A stretch of DNA of 54,789 bases from Candidatus Limnocylindrales bacterium. GTDB lineage: Bacteria > Chloroflexota > Limnocylindria > Limnocylindrales > CSP1-4. The stretch lies in NCBI GenBank assembly GCA_035458865.1, contig DATHYZ010000103.1, positions 1 through 54,789 on the forward strand, given 5' to 3'. Below are positions 44,861 to 54,591 of the stretch, in pieces. The notes beneath the pieces were generated by a model. That model was given only the letters and a program-made list of their open reading frames with translations. It did no database searches and was not told where the DNA came from. Each line of letters opens with the position of its first letter. The first letter of the stretch is position 1. The translations under genes were made by a program, and so were the position numbers.

Positions 44861-47554
44861 GTGAAGAAGGTCGCCCTCACCGTCAACGGCCGCCCGATCG
44901 AGGTCGTGGCCGACGAGAAGCAGTCCGTCCTGCTGGACCTGGTCCGTGAGGACCTCGGCCTGACCGGGACGAAGCAGTCCTGCGATCGCAAGGGCCAGTG
45001 CGGCACCTGCATGGTCCTGGCCGACGGCGAGGCCGTGCTCTCGTGCGTCACGAAGGTCGCCGCGCTCGAGGGCGCCGAGATCACGACGATCGAGGGCCTC
45101 GGCACGCCCGACCACCCGAACCTGATCCAGCAGGCCTTCGTGCTCTCGGGCGCGGTCCAGTGCGGCTTCTGCATCCCGGGCATGATCGTGACCGCCGCGG
45201 AGCTGCTCGAGGCGAACCCCAGCCCCACCCGGGCCCAGATCCGCCGGGCCCTGCGCCGCAACCTCTGCCGCTGCACCGGCTACAAGAAGATCGTCGACGC
45301 GATCCAGCTCGCGGGCCGCTTCATCCGCGGCGAGATCGCCCCGGCCGACCTGCTGCCGGCGGCCGATGCGCCCGCCCTGGGTGTCTCCCACCCGCGGCCC
45401 AGCGCGATGGCCAAGGCCTGCGGGACGGCCCGGTTCGGCGCCGACATCCGGATGCCCGGCGCCCTGGAGCTGGCGGTCGTCCGCAGCCCGCATCACCACG
45501 CCCGGATCCTGGGCATCGACACCGCCACCGCCGAAGCCATGCCCGGCGTCGCGGGCGTCATGACCGCCAGGGACATCCGCGGCACGAACCGGCTCAAGTA
45601 CACGGTCGAGGATCGGCCGATCCTCTGCGACACGAAGGTCCGGACGCTCGGCGACCCGGTCGCCATCGTCGCCGCCGCGACGCTCGACCAGGCCCTGGCC
45701 GCCGCCGAGGCGGTCGTGGTCGACTACGAGCCCCTGCCGGCGCTCCTCTCCCCGGACGCGGCCCTGGCCGACGACGCGCCGCAGGTCCATGACGGCACGC
45801 CGAACCTCTGCCACCGCCAGCCGGTCATCAAGGGCGACGCCGCGAGCGCCTTCGCCAGCGCTGCCGCCGTGGTCGAGGGTCGCTTCAAGACCCAGATCGT
45901 CCACCAGGCGCCGCTCGAGCCCGAGGTGAGCCTGGCCTACATGGAGGGCGAGGGCGAGGACGCCGAGCTCGTCGTGCTGGGCCGGAGCATCAACATCCAC
46001 CTGGCCATGGCCAGCCTCCAGGCGGCCCTCGGCTGGGAGGCCATCCGCTACGAGGAGCCGTTCTCGGGCGGCCAGTTCGGCATCAAGGTCGAGATCATCA
46101 CCGAGGGCATCGCCGCGGCCGCCGCGCTCCACTTCGGCCGGGCCGTCCGCTACGTGCCGAGCATGGCCGAGTCGATGCTGGCGACCTCCAAGCGCCACCC
46201 CTTCGACATGGGCATCCGGCTGGCCGCCGACGCCGACGGCAAGCTCACCGCGATGGGCATGGACGTCACGGTCGACAACGGCGCCTACATGTCGCTGGGG
46301 ATCGTGATCCTCAACCGCGCCCTGCACATGCTCACCAGCTCGTACCACGTCCCGAACCTCGAGGTGACGTCGCGCCTGGTCTACACGAACAACCCGTGGG
46401 GCAGCGCCGCCCGCGGGGCCGGGCCGCCCCAGGCCCACTACGCGCTCGAGTGCGCGGTCGACATGCTGGCCGAGAAGATGGGCATCGACCCGCTCGAGTT
46501 CCGCCGCCGCAACGCCCTCCAGCCGGGCCAGGCCAAGGCCACCGGCCACGTCGCCACCGAGTGGCCGTTCGCCGGCCTCGTCGAGGCCATCGGGCCGCGC
46601 TGGGAGGCGGCTCGTCGGGACGCCGCGAGCGCCAACGCCGAGGCCGCCAACGGCACCCGCCGGGGGGTCGGGCTGGGAGCGGCCGCGTTCGGGATCGCCA
46701 TGCCCGGCGACAAGTCGATCGCCGCGGTCGAGCTGGACCCGGACGACGGGGTCACGGTCTACGTCGCCGCCGCCGATCCCGGCGAGGGCACCGACTCGAT
46801 GCTGAGCCAGCTGGTGGCCCACGTCCTGGACCTGCCCCTCGGCAAGGTCCGCCTGCGGACGCGGAGCACGGCCGACACGACCGCGTCCGGTCCCGCCAGC
46901 GGCAGCCGGGTCACCTACATGATCGGTGGGGCGGCCGTTGACGCGGCCCAGCAGCTCCGGGCTGCCATGGACGAGCTGGGGGAGCGGACCCACGCCGCCT
47001 TCGTGGCCGCCGACAAGTCGGTCCGCTACATCGGCCGGCGGACCACCCTCGAGACGGCGCCGCTCGACCCCGAGACCGGCCAGGGCCCCTCGTTCGAGGT
47101 CCAGGTCTTCTCGATCCAGATGGCCGAGGTCGAGGTGGACACGAGCACGGGCGAGGTCCGGGTCGTCCGGCTCACCTCGGCCGCCGACCCGGGCCGGGTC
47201 ATCCACCCGATCAACGTCGAGGGCCAGCTCGAGGGCGGGATGGACATGGGGGCCGGCTTCGCGCTGCGCGAGGAGTACGTGGCCGGCAAGACCCGCGACT
47301 ACGTGACCTTCAAGTTCCCGAACATCCGCTACGCCATGGACCTCGAGTCGATCATCGTCGAGACCCCGCGCGAGCTCGGCACCCTCGGCTCGGTCGGCGT
47401 CGGCGAGATGTCCATGGTCTCCACGGCCCCGGCGATCGTGAACGCGATCCGGGACGCCTGCGGGGCGATGGTCTACGAGCTGCCGGCCACGCCGGAGCGG
47501 GTGAAGGCGGCCCTGGCGGCCGCCGAGCCGAGCCTCGTCGGCAGCGGGACCTGA
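44861..47554 (+). CDS. Molybdopterin-dependent aldehyde oxidoreductase of the xanthine-oxidase family, MOP type (two [2Fe-2S] domains fused to the Moco domain, no FAD domain)
   Basis: CDRKGQCGTCMV and QCGFCIPGM...CRCTGY (two 2Fe-2S motifs). These run directly into the a/b-hammerhead and Moco domains. Conserved GVGEMS Glu near the C-terminus. GTG 44861 with GGAGG 11 nt upstream. Confidence 0.88.
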   Translation: MKKVALTVNGRPIEVVADEKQSVLLDLVREDLGLTGTKQSCDRKGQCGTCMVLADGEAVLSCVTKVAALEGAEITTIEGLGTPDHPNLIQQAFVLSGAVQCGFCIPGMIVTAAELLEANPSPTRAQIRRALRRNLCRCTGYKKIVDAIQLAGRFIRGEIAPADLLPAADAPALGVSHPRPSAMAKACGTARFGADIRMPGALELAVVRSPHHHARILGIDTATAEAMPGVAGVMTARDIRGTNRLKYTVEDRPILCDTKVRTLGDPVAIVAAATLDQALAAAEAVVVDYEPLPALLSPDAALADDAPQVHDGTPNLCHRQPVIKGDAASAFASAAAVVEGRFKTQIVHQAPLEPEVSLAYMEGEGEDAELVVLGRSINIHLAMASLQAALGWEAIRYEEPFSGGQFGIKVEIITEGIAAAAALHFGRAVRYVPSMAESMLATSKRHPFDMGIRLAADADGKLTAMGMDVTVDNGAYMSLGIVILNRALHMLTSSYHVPNLEVTSRLVYTNNPWGSAARGAGPPQAHYALECAVDMLAEKMGIDPLEFRRRNALQPGQAKATGHVATEWPFAGLVEAIGPRWEAARRDAASANAEAANGTRRGVGLGAAAFGIAMPGDKSIAAVELDPDDGVTVYVAAADPGEGTDSMLSQLVAHVLDLPLGKVRLRTRSTADTTASGPASGSRVTYMIGGAAVDAAQQLRAAMDELGERTHAAFVAADKSVRYIGRRTTLETAPLDPETGQGPSFEVQVFSIQMAEVEVDTSTGEVRVVRLTSAADPGRVIHPINVEGQLEGGMDMGAGFALREEYVAGKTRDYVTFKFPNIRYAMDLESIIVETPRELGTLGSVGVGEMSMVSTAPAIVNAIRDACGAMVYELPATPERVKAALAAAEPSLVGSGT

Positions 47555-47624
47555 GCGGGATGTCGCGGGGTGGCCCGCGTCCCGGGGGCGGGGTCCGTCG
47601 GCGGGGTGGCTCGCGGTCGGGCTG

Positions 47625-47966
47625 ATGGCCGAGCCGGTCCGGACCCGTGAGCTCCGCACGGTCGCCGGCCAGGAGGTCTGGTTCGACTCCGAGGGGTTCA
47701 TCTGGGAGCCGGACGACTGGACCGAGGGGATCGCCGCCGAGCTCGCCCGCGAGAGCGGCATCGAGCGGCTGGACGACGTCCAGTGGCGGGTCCTGCGCTT
47801 CCTCCGCGGCTACTACCTGCACAACGGCCGGGCGCCCATGAACCGCGAGCTCCGCAACGGCACGGAGCTCAGCCTCGTCGAGCTCGAGCGGCTCTTCCCC
47901 GACGGCATCCGGATGGGGGCGAGGCGGCTGGCCGGGCTGCCGAACCCCAAGACCTGCCTGGATTGA
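47625..47966 (+). CDS. TusE/DsrC/DsvC-family sulfur-relay protein (single C-terminal Cys)
   Basis: DSEGFIWEPDDW, VQWRVLRFLRGYYL, LFPDG, and C-terminal AGLPNPKTCLD (compare the TusE C-terminus as I recall it, AGLPKPVKCI). Confidence 0.85.
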   Translation: MAEPVRTRELRTVAGQEVWFDSEGFIWEPDDWTEGIAAELARESGIERLDDVQWRVLRFLRGYYLHNGRAPMNRELRNGTELSLVELERLFPDGIRMGARRLAGLPNPKTCLD

Positions 47967-47989
47967 GGTGACGTGAGGATGCGCCGGGC

Positions 47990-49150
47990 ATGACCGATCG
48001 CCTGATCTACCTCGACAACGCCGCGACGAGCTTCCCCAAACCACCCGAGGTGCTCCGGGGGATGGTCGAGACGTATGCCCGGGTCGGGGCCTCGCCCGGC
48101 CGCAGCAGCCACGATCTCGCCGCGCAGGCCGGCCGTCTCGTGGACGAGACGCGGGCCCGGGTGGCCCGCTTCTTCGGGGCGCCGGACCCGGACCGGGTGA
48201 TCTTCGCGGCGAACGCGTCGGACGCGCTCAACACGGTCATCCTCGGGCTCGTCCGACCCGGCGACCACCTCGTCGCGACCCGGCTCGACCACAACTCGGT
48301 CCTGCGGCCGCTCCACCACCTGGCGGAGTCCGGGGTGGTCACGTACGACCTGGCGCCGTTCGACGGGCAGGGGGTCGTGGATCCGGACGCGGTGGCCGCG
48401 CTCCTGCGGCCCACCACCCGGGCCGTCGTCATGACCCACGGCTCCAACGTCCTCGGCACGATCCAGCCCGTGGCCGACATCGCCCGGGTCTGCGCCGGGC
48501 GGGGCGTCCCGCTCATCCTCGACGTCGCCCAGACGGCCGGCCTGGTCCCGATCGACATGGCCGGGCAGGGGATCGCCGCGGTCGCCTTCACCGGGCACAA
48601 GTCCCTCTACGGCCCGTCGGGGATCGGCGGGCTGGTGCTCATGCCGGAGCTGGACGTCGCCACGACCCGCTTCGGCGGGACGGGCATGGACTCGGCGAGC
48701 CTGGTCCACAGCCAGGCGTATCCCCTCCGCCTGGAGCTGGGGACGCTCAACCTGCTCGGGGTCATCGGGCTCGGGCTCGGGCTCGACTTCGTGGAGGGGC
48801 AGGGGATGGAGGCGCTCCACGCCCGCGAGATGGCCCTGACGACGCGGCTGCGCGATGGGCTGGCCGCGATCCCGGGCGTCACCCTCTACGGCGCCGACGA
48901 CCTGCGCGGCCACCTGCCCGTGCTGACCACGAACGTGGACGGCGTCCACCCCCAGGACGTGGGGGCGATCCTCGACGGCGACTTCGGGATCGCGACCCGG
49001 GTCGGCGTCCACTGCGCGCCGATCGTCCACCGCGACCTGGGCACGATCGACCGCGGCGCTGTCCGCTTCAGCCTCGGCGCATTCACCACGACCGAGGACG
49101 TCGACGCGGCGATCGAGGCGATGGCGGTGATCCCCCACGGGGTCGGCTGA
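47990..49150 (+). CDS. Class V aminotransferase-fold cysteine desulfurase (NifS/CsdA-like)
   Basis: IYLDNAATSFPKP, PLP lysine in FTGHKSLYGP, and a catalytic Cys loop TRVGVHCAP. Confidence 0.85.
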   Translation: MTDRLIYLDNAATSFPKPPEVLRGMVETYARVGASPGRSSHDLAAQAGRLVDETRARVARFFGAPDPDRVIFAANASDALNTVILGLVRPGDHLVATRLDHNSVLRPLHHLAESGVVTYDLAPFDGQGVVDPDAVAALLRPTTRAVVMTHGSNVLGTIQPVADIARVCAGRGVPLILDVAQTAGLVPIDMAGQGIAAVAFTGHKSLYGPSGIGGLVLMPELDVATTRFGGTGMDSASLVHSQAYPLRLELGTLNLLGVIGLGLGLDFVEGQGMEALHAREMALTTRLRDGLAAIPGVTLYGADDLRGHLPVLTTNVDGVHPQDVGAILDGDFGIATRVGVHCAPIVHRDLGTIDRGAVRFSLGAFTTTEDVDAAIEAMAVIPHGVG

Positions 49151-49205
49151 GGGCCGAGCATCCCCGCCGGCCGGGCTGGGCCGGGCGCATGCTACCGGTC
49201 GCCGA

Positions 49206-50003
49206 TCACCCCTCGGCGGGACTCCCGGTGCCGGGCACCGCCGACTTCATCCCGGTGAATCCGCGGGCGCTCGGCAGGCGAAGGCGCCGTGCCGACAGGA
49301 CGAGGTGGACGAGGATGGCCGCGTAGAGGACCAGCTCGGCGAGCTCGCCGTACCGGTTGGCGGTCCGTCCCGCGTCGTCGAGGAAGGTCAGCCGGCTGAA
49401 CCGATAGACGAGCGCCACGGCGAACGCCGATCCGAGCGCCAGCGACGGCACGACGAGGTAGGCGCGTGGTGGCAGCCGCCAGCGTCGCGGCGCCGCGACC
49501 AGCACGAGCGGGACGAGCAACCCGTACGCGCCGGCGAGCAGCTCGGCGATGCCGAAGGCCCGCTGGATCGGGATGATGTTGTGGATGTTCGACTCGTTCT
49601 GGCGATTGGCCTCCGAGAGGATCTCGGGCGTCGCCCAGCCGAAGATCCGCTGACCCCACGAGATCTCCTCGCCCGTGACGAAGAGCGCGGCCAGCGTGAT
49701 CGCCCCGAAGAGCAGGGCGACCCAGGGCACCCGGCGTCGGGCGGCGATGACCGTCACCGTGCCCGACCCGAGGACGATGCCGAGGAGACAGGCGAACTGT
49801 GCCCACTCGATGATCGAGTCCTCGTCCGTCAGCCAGAAGAAGACATCGCGGAAGGGAAGCAGGAGCGTCAGCCCGACGACGGCGACGAACGGGGCGGCGA
49901 GCAGGACGCCGGCCATCCACGGGGCGAACCCCCAGGCGCGGGCGTCCTCGACGTACGCCGACCTGACCCTCCCCACGGTCCCTCCAGCCCGCCCGGGCAT
50001 CAC
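49206..50003 (-). CDS. Polytopic integral membrane protein, hypothetical
   Basis: About six hydrophobic helices and a protein-like composition. I do not recognise a family. Confidence 0.55.
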   Translation of the reverse strand: MMPGRAGGTVGRVRSAYVEDARAWGFAPWMAGVLLAAPFVAVVGLTLLLPFRDVFFWLTDEDSIIEWAQFACLLGIVLGSGTVTVIAARRRVPWVALLFGAITLAALFVTGEEISWGQRIFGWATPEILSEANRQNESNIHNIIPIQRAFGIAELLAGAYGLLVPLVLVAAPRRWRLPPRAYLVVPSLALGSAFAVALVYRFSRLTFLDDAGRTANRYGELAELVLYAAILVHLVLSARRLRLPSARGFTGMKSAVPGTGSPAEG

Positions 50004-50242
50004 TGCACTCCCCCAAGTCCGGCTCGTCCTGGCCGCCTCGGCTCAAGGCGCCCGACGGATCGGCGCATGGTAGGGCCAGGGTCGGACAGCTCACAAGCCG
50101 CGGGCGTCGGCGCGCTCTCGCAGCGGTGCGCGGACGCACCGGTTCCGGTCTCGGCACCCATCCGCGCCTCGGTTGATGGCGGCGTCCCGTCGCCCGCGAC
50201 GGCGCGGGCCGGTCCGGGTCGCAGCGGCCACACTCCGGCGCC

Positions 50243-51418
50243 ATGGACCTGACCCTCACCCCTGCCCAGCTGGAGCTCCAGGCCCGGGCGCGGCGCTACG
50301 TCACGGAGCATCTCTGGCCCCTCGAGATCGAGTTCGAGCGGTCGGGCGGCCGCCTTGCCGCCGAAGCGACGGCGGACCTCCGCCGCGCGGCCGTGGCGCT
50401 GGACCTCCACGGCGGATCGTTCCCGAAGGCGCTGGGTGGCCAGGGCTGGACCATGCTCGAGCAGGTCGTCGTCCACGAGCAGCTCGGCCAGGCCACCGGC
50501 GGGCTGTGGTCGTACATCCCCGGCGCCTACAACGCGCTCGTCCACTGCGACGACGAGCAGCGTCGCCGCTACCTCGAGCCCAGCCTCCGCGGCGACCGCT
50601 TCGGCTCGTACGCGATCACCGAGCCGGGCGCCGGGTCCGACGCCCGGACCCTCACCGCGACCGCCGTTCGCGACCCGGCGACCGGGGAGTACGTCCTCAA
50701 CGGCGAGAAGTGGTTCGTGACCGGCGTGGAGATCACCGACTTCATGATCTTCCACTGTCACCTCCTGGAGGACGGCGAGCGGAAGCCGACCCTGTTCCTG
50801 GTCGACTATGACACGCCCGGGCTGCGGATGGCCCAGGACCCCAACTACACCCACACCTTCGCCGACCGGCACCCGCAGTTCGTCCTGGAGGATGTCCGGG
50901 TGCCCGCCTCGGCGATCCTGGGCGGGATCGGGCAGGCGGACGAGCTGACGAACGAGTGGTTCATCGAGGAGCGGATCCACATCGGAGCCCGCTGCTCCGG
51001 CGCCATGGAGCGGCTCCTTGACCTGGGCGTCCGCCACGCCACCAGCCGCGTCCAGTTCGGGCAGCGGATCTACGACTTCCAGGGGGTCAGCTTCCCGCTC
51101 GCCGACTCGGCGGCCGACGCCTCCGCGGCCCGGCTGCTGACCCGCGAGGCGGCCTGGCTCTTCGACAGCGGCGCCGATCCGAAGGTCGTCCACGCCAAGT
51201 CGTCGCTGGCCAAGCTCTTCGCCTCGGAGGCCGCCTGGCGCTGCGCCGACCGGGTCGTCCAGGTCTTCGGCGGCCGCGGCTACATGCGCGACTTCGCCCC
51301 GGAGCGGTTCCTCCGCGAGCTCCGGGTGGACCGGATCTGGGAGGGGACCTCGGAGATCCAGCGGGTCGTCATCGCCCGGGCTCTGGAGAAGCGGGGTGTC
51401 GGACGGGTCGTCGGGTGA
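50243..51418 (+). CDS. Acyl-CoA dehydrogenase
   Basis: YAITEPGAGSD, KWFVTG, a C-terminal catalytic-base region, and IWEGTSEIQR. Confidence 0.9.
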   Translation: MDLTLTPAQLELQARARRYVTEHLWPLEIEFERSGGRLAAEATADLRRAAVALDLHGGSFPKALGGQGWTMLEQVVVHEQLGQATGGLWSYIPGAYNALVHCDDEQRRRYLEPSLRGDRFGSYAITEPGAGSDARTLTATAVRDPATGEYVLNGEKWFVTGVEITDFMIFHCHLLEDGERKPTLFLVDYDTPGLRMAQDPNYTHTFADRHPQFVLEDVRVPASAILGGIGQADELTNEWFIEERIHIGARCSGAMERLLDLGVRHATSRVQFGQRIYDFQGVSFPLADSAADASAARLLTREAAWLFDSGADPKVVHAKSSLAKLFASEAAWRCADRVVQVFGGRGYMRDFAPERFLRELRVDRIWEGTSEIQRVVIARALEKRGVGRVVG

Positions 51419-53729
51419 GGCGGCGGTGACCGACCCGGTGACCGAGCCCGCGACCGCGCCCGAGCCCGCGACCGACCCCGAGCCCGCGACCGCCCCTGCG
51501 CCCGCGCCCGCGACCGACCCGACCGCCCGGCCCGCGATCGACCTCCGGCCGCTGTTCGCCCCGCGGAGCATCGCCGTCGTCGGCGCGTCGCCACGCTCGG
51601 ACATCGCCAAGGTCCTCCGCGACAACGCCCGGATCATCGGCAGCGAGGTCCCGGTCCGCTTCGTCAACCCGAAGTACGAGGAGATCCTGGGCGAGCGCTG
51701 CTACCCCTCCCTCGAGGCGCTGCCGGAGGTGCCCGACTCGGTCGTCCTGGCGGTCAACCCGCTGCGGGCCGCGCCGATCGCGGCCGACGCCGCCCGGGTG
51801 GGAGCCCGGGCCCTGATCATCCCCGGCGGCGGGGTCGTGGAGGGTGGCGACGCGGCCCGACACATGCAGGCCGAGGTCCGCCGGATCGCTCTCGAGCACG
51901 GCATCGCCCTCCTGGGGCCCAACTGCATGGGCCTCGTGGACTGGACGACCCGCTGCGCCACGTACATCGGCGACGTCAACCCATGGCTGCCCCGCGGCCC
52001 GGTCGCGGCCATCGCCCAGAGCGGCTCCGTCACCGACGCGTTCATCCACTCGGGGACCCGGATCGGCTTCAGCCGGATCGTCAGCTGCGGCGCCGAGGTG
52101 GTCCTGGACATCTGCGACTACCTGGCCCACTCCCTCGACGATCCGGAGACCCGGGTCGTCCTCCTGTTCGTGGAGGGCTTCAAGCGCCCGGAGCGGTTCC
52201 TGGCCCTCGCCGACCGCGCGCTGGAGCTGGGCAAGCCGATCGCCGTCGTCAAGGTCGGCCGCTCGGCCCAGGCCCAGGTCGCCGCCCTGGCCCACAGCGG
52301 CTCGCTGGCCGGGGAGGGCCCGGTGACCGACGCGGCCCTCGACGCCGTCGGGGTCATCCGCTGCCGCGACCTCGACGAGCTCCACGAGACGGCCGAGCTG
52401 CTCGCCGGGGCCCATCGCATGGGCCGCTCGGTGGGGCGGGGTCGGACGGGCGTCGTCACCGCCTCCACCGGGGAGGCGTCGCTGATCGCCGACCTGGCCA
52501 TCGAGACCGGCCTCGACCTGCCGACGGTGCCCGAGACGACCCGCGAGCGGATCGTGGAGGCCCTGCCCTCGATGGGCTACGTCGGCAACCCGCTCGACCC
52601 CTGGGGCGCCGACGATCCGGACGTGGCCTACCCGGCCTGCTTCGAGGCCTTCGCCGACTCCGGGGCGATCGACGTCCTGGTCGGCGTCTACGACTTCCCG
52701 TACCGCTCCCTGCCGGCCGAGGTCGAGAGCGCCTCGTCGGTCGTCCGTGCGCTCGTGGAGGCGACGCGCGAGCGACCCGGCATCCTGCCCGTCTACGTCT
52801 CGCTCACCTCCAACGAGCCCACCCCCGAGCTCCTCGAGGTCATGACGGAGGGTGGCGGTGGGCCCGTGCTCCGCGGCGCGGTCGAGGCGTTCGCCGCGAT
52901 CGCCCGGGTCGCCACCTGGGAAGCCAGGCGGGCCCATCGTCTGGGTGCCGGGCCGCGCCGGCCGGCGTGGCCGATCCTGGCCGACGGACGGATCCCCTAC
53001 GGCTTCGACCGGCAGCATGCCGAGGGCGTGGCCGAGGTGGACGCCAGCGAGCCGGTGAGCCATCCGGAGCCGGCGCGCCGGGTCCTCGCCGAGCGCGAGA
53101 GCCTGGAGCTCCTGCGCGAGGCCGGGCTGCCGATGGTCGAGGCCATCGTGGCCGCCGAGCCGGCCGAGGCCGCCCACCTGGCGGGCGAGATGGGCTTCCC
53201 GGTCGCGGTGAAGCTCGATGCGGCGGGCGCGGCCCACAAGAGCGACATCGGCGGGGTTCGTCTTGGGCTGGGCGACCCGTACGCGGTCCGGGCGGCCGCC
53301 GCCGAGGTCATGCAGGCCGGTCGGGCCGCCGGGCTCGAGGTCCGGGGTGTCCTCCTGGAGCCCATGGCCGAGCCGGGCCTGGAGCTCATCGCCGGGCTGA
53401 AGCGCGACCCCCTGTTCGGGCCGGTCGTGCTCGTGGGCATCGGCGGGATCCTGGCCGAGGTCCTCGCCGACGTCGCCATCCGGCTCGCCCCCATCGACCG
53501 GGACGAGGCGCTCGAGATGCTCGACGCGCTCCGCGGCGCCGCGCTCCTCCGCGGGGTTCGGGGGGGCCGAGCCGTGGCCCGTGGCCCGGTCGCGGACGTG
53601 CTGGTCCGGCTGGGCCGGCTGGCGATGGAGCGGCCCGACATCGCCGAGATCGACCTGAACCCGATCATCGCCACGCCCGACGGGGCGCTGGCCGTCGACG
53701 GGCTCGTCGTGCTGGAGGACCGACCATGA
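51396..53729 (+). CDS. ADP-forming acyl-CoA synthetase (CoA-binding, succinyl-CoA-ligase-like and ATP-grasp domains)
   Basis: LFAPRSIAVVGAS, GPNCMG, SQSGS, and a C-terminal ATP-grasp domain (GFPVAVKL...DIGGVRLGL). GTG 51396 overlaps the previous gene by 23 nt; in-frame GTG 51426 is an alternative. The N-terminus is a low-complexity PATxPE repeat. Confidence 0.85.
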   Translation: MSDGSSGEAAVTDPVTEPATAPEPATDPEPATAPAPAPATDPTARPAIDLRPLFAPRSIAVVGASPRSDIAKVLRDNARIIGSEVPVRFVNPKYEEILGERCYPSLEALPEVPDSVVLAVNPLRAAPIAADAARVGARALIIPGGGVVEGGDAARHMQAEVRRIALEHGIALLGPNCMGLVDWTTRCATYIGDVNPWLPRGPVAAIAQSGSVTDAFIHSGTRIGFSRIVSCGAEVVLDICDYLAHSLDDPETRVVLLFVEGFKRPERFLALADRALELGKPIAVVKVGRSAQAQVAALAHSGSLAGEGPVTDAALDAVGVIRCRDLDELHETAELLAGAHRMGRSVGRGRTGVVTASTGEASLIADLAIETGLDLPTVPETTRERIVEALPSMGYVGNPLDPWGADDPDVAYPACFEAFADSGAIDVLVGVYDFPYRSLPAEVESASSVVRALVEATRERPGILPVYVSLTSNEPTPELLEVMTEGGGGPVLRGAVEAFAAIARVATWEARRAHRLGAGPRRPAWPILADGRIPYGFDRQHAEGVAEVDASEPVSHPEPARRVLAERESLELLREAGLPMVEAIVAAEPAEAAHLAGEMGFPVAVKLDAAGAAHKSDIGGVRLGLGDPYAVRAAAAEVMQAGRAAGLEVRGVLLEPMAEPGLELIAGLKRDPLFGPVVLVGIGGILAEVLADVAIRLAPIDRDEALEMLDALRGAALLRGVRGGRAVARGPVADVLVRLGRLAMERPDIAEIDLNPIIATPDGALAVDGLVVLEDRP

Positions 53730-54583
53730 CCGAGCCGACAGCGGGTCCGGCCGCTGCGCCCGAGCCCGTCCTGCTCTCGGAGCGGACCGCCTGGGGCGTC
53801 CGCCTCACCCTGAACCGGCCGGCGAAGCTCAACGCGCTCTCGGACGAGCTGCTCGACGCGGTCGTGGACGCCGTCGAGGCGGCCGGCCGCGACCCCGACG
53901 TCCGGGTCGTCGTCCTGCGCGGGGCGGGACGGGCCTTCTGCTCGGGGTTCGACCTCGCCAGCGGCGAGGAGGTGGCGACGGCCGCGGCCTGGCGCGAGCT
54001 GCTGGAGCGCGACGTCCGCCAGACCCTCCGGATCTGGGGCTCGCCGAAGCCGGTCATCGCCCAGGTCCACGGCTACTGCCTGGCCGGCGGCCTGGAGCTG
54101 GCGATGGCCTGCGACCTCGTCGTCGCGGCGACCGACGCGCAGCTGGGCGAGCCGGAGATCCGCTTCGGGTCGGCGCCCGTCACGCTGCTCATGCCCTACC
54201 TGGTCGGCCAGAAGAAGACCCGCGAGCTGCTCCTCACCGGCGACCTGGTCAGCGGCGAGGAGGCGGCCCGGATCGGCCTGGTCAACCGCGCCGTGGACCC
54301 GGACCGGCTGGAAGAGGAGGTCGACGCCCTGGCCGACCGCATCGCCCGGGCCAGCCCCGACGTCCTGGCGCTGACGAAGCGGATGCTCAACCGGGTCCAG
54401 GAGGCGCAGGGATTCCTGGCCGCCGTCGAGGCCGGCATCGACCTGGGCGCGTTCGTCAACGACCTGCCCGAGCAGCGCGAGTTCGACGCCATCGTCCGGC
54501 GCGACGGGATGAAGGCCGCGCTGGCCTGGCGGGACGCCCGCTACGGGGAGCGACTCGCCGAGCGAGGGCGCGCGACGGAGTAG
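53726..54583 (+). CDS. Enoyl-CoA hydratase/isomerase (crotonase) family protein
   Basis: LNRPAKLNAL, VVVLRGAGRAFCSGFDL, GYCLAGGLELAMACD. ATGA overlap with the upstream stop. Confidence 0.9.
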   Translation: MTEPTAGPAAAPEPVLLSERTAWGVRLTLNRPAKLNALSDELLDAVVDAVEAAGRDPDVRVVVLRGAGRAFCSGFDLASGEEVATAAAWRELLERDVRQTLRIWGSPKPVIAQVHGYCLAGGLELAMACDLVVAATDAQLGEPEIRFGSAPVTLLMPYLVGQKKTRELLLTGDLVSGEEAARIGLVNRAVDPDRLEEEVDALADRIARASPDVLALTKRMLNRVQEAQGFLAAVEAGIDLGAFVNDLPEQREFDAIVRRDGMKAALAWRDARYGERLAERGRATE

Positions 54584-54591
54584 GGAGGGGC

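Noticed and set aside
44753-47761. 1002-aa ORF on the minus strand, the longest ORF in the track
   Set aside because: It lies exactly antisense to the Mo-oxidoreductase gene. It is dominated by Arg/Gly/Asp/Pro/Ala and has no recognisable motif. The plus-strand frame has full-length xanthine-oxidase-family motifs. This is a typical high-GC shadow ORF.
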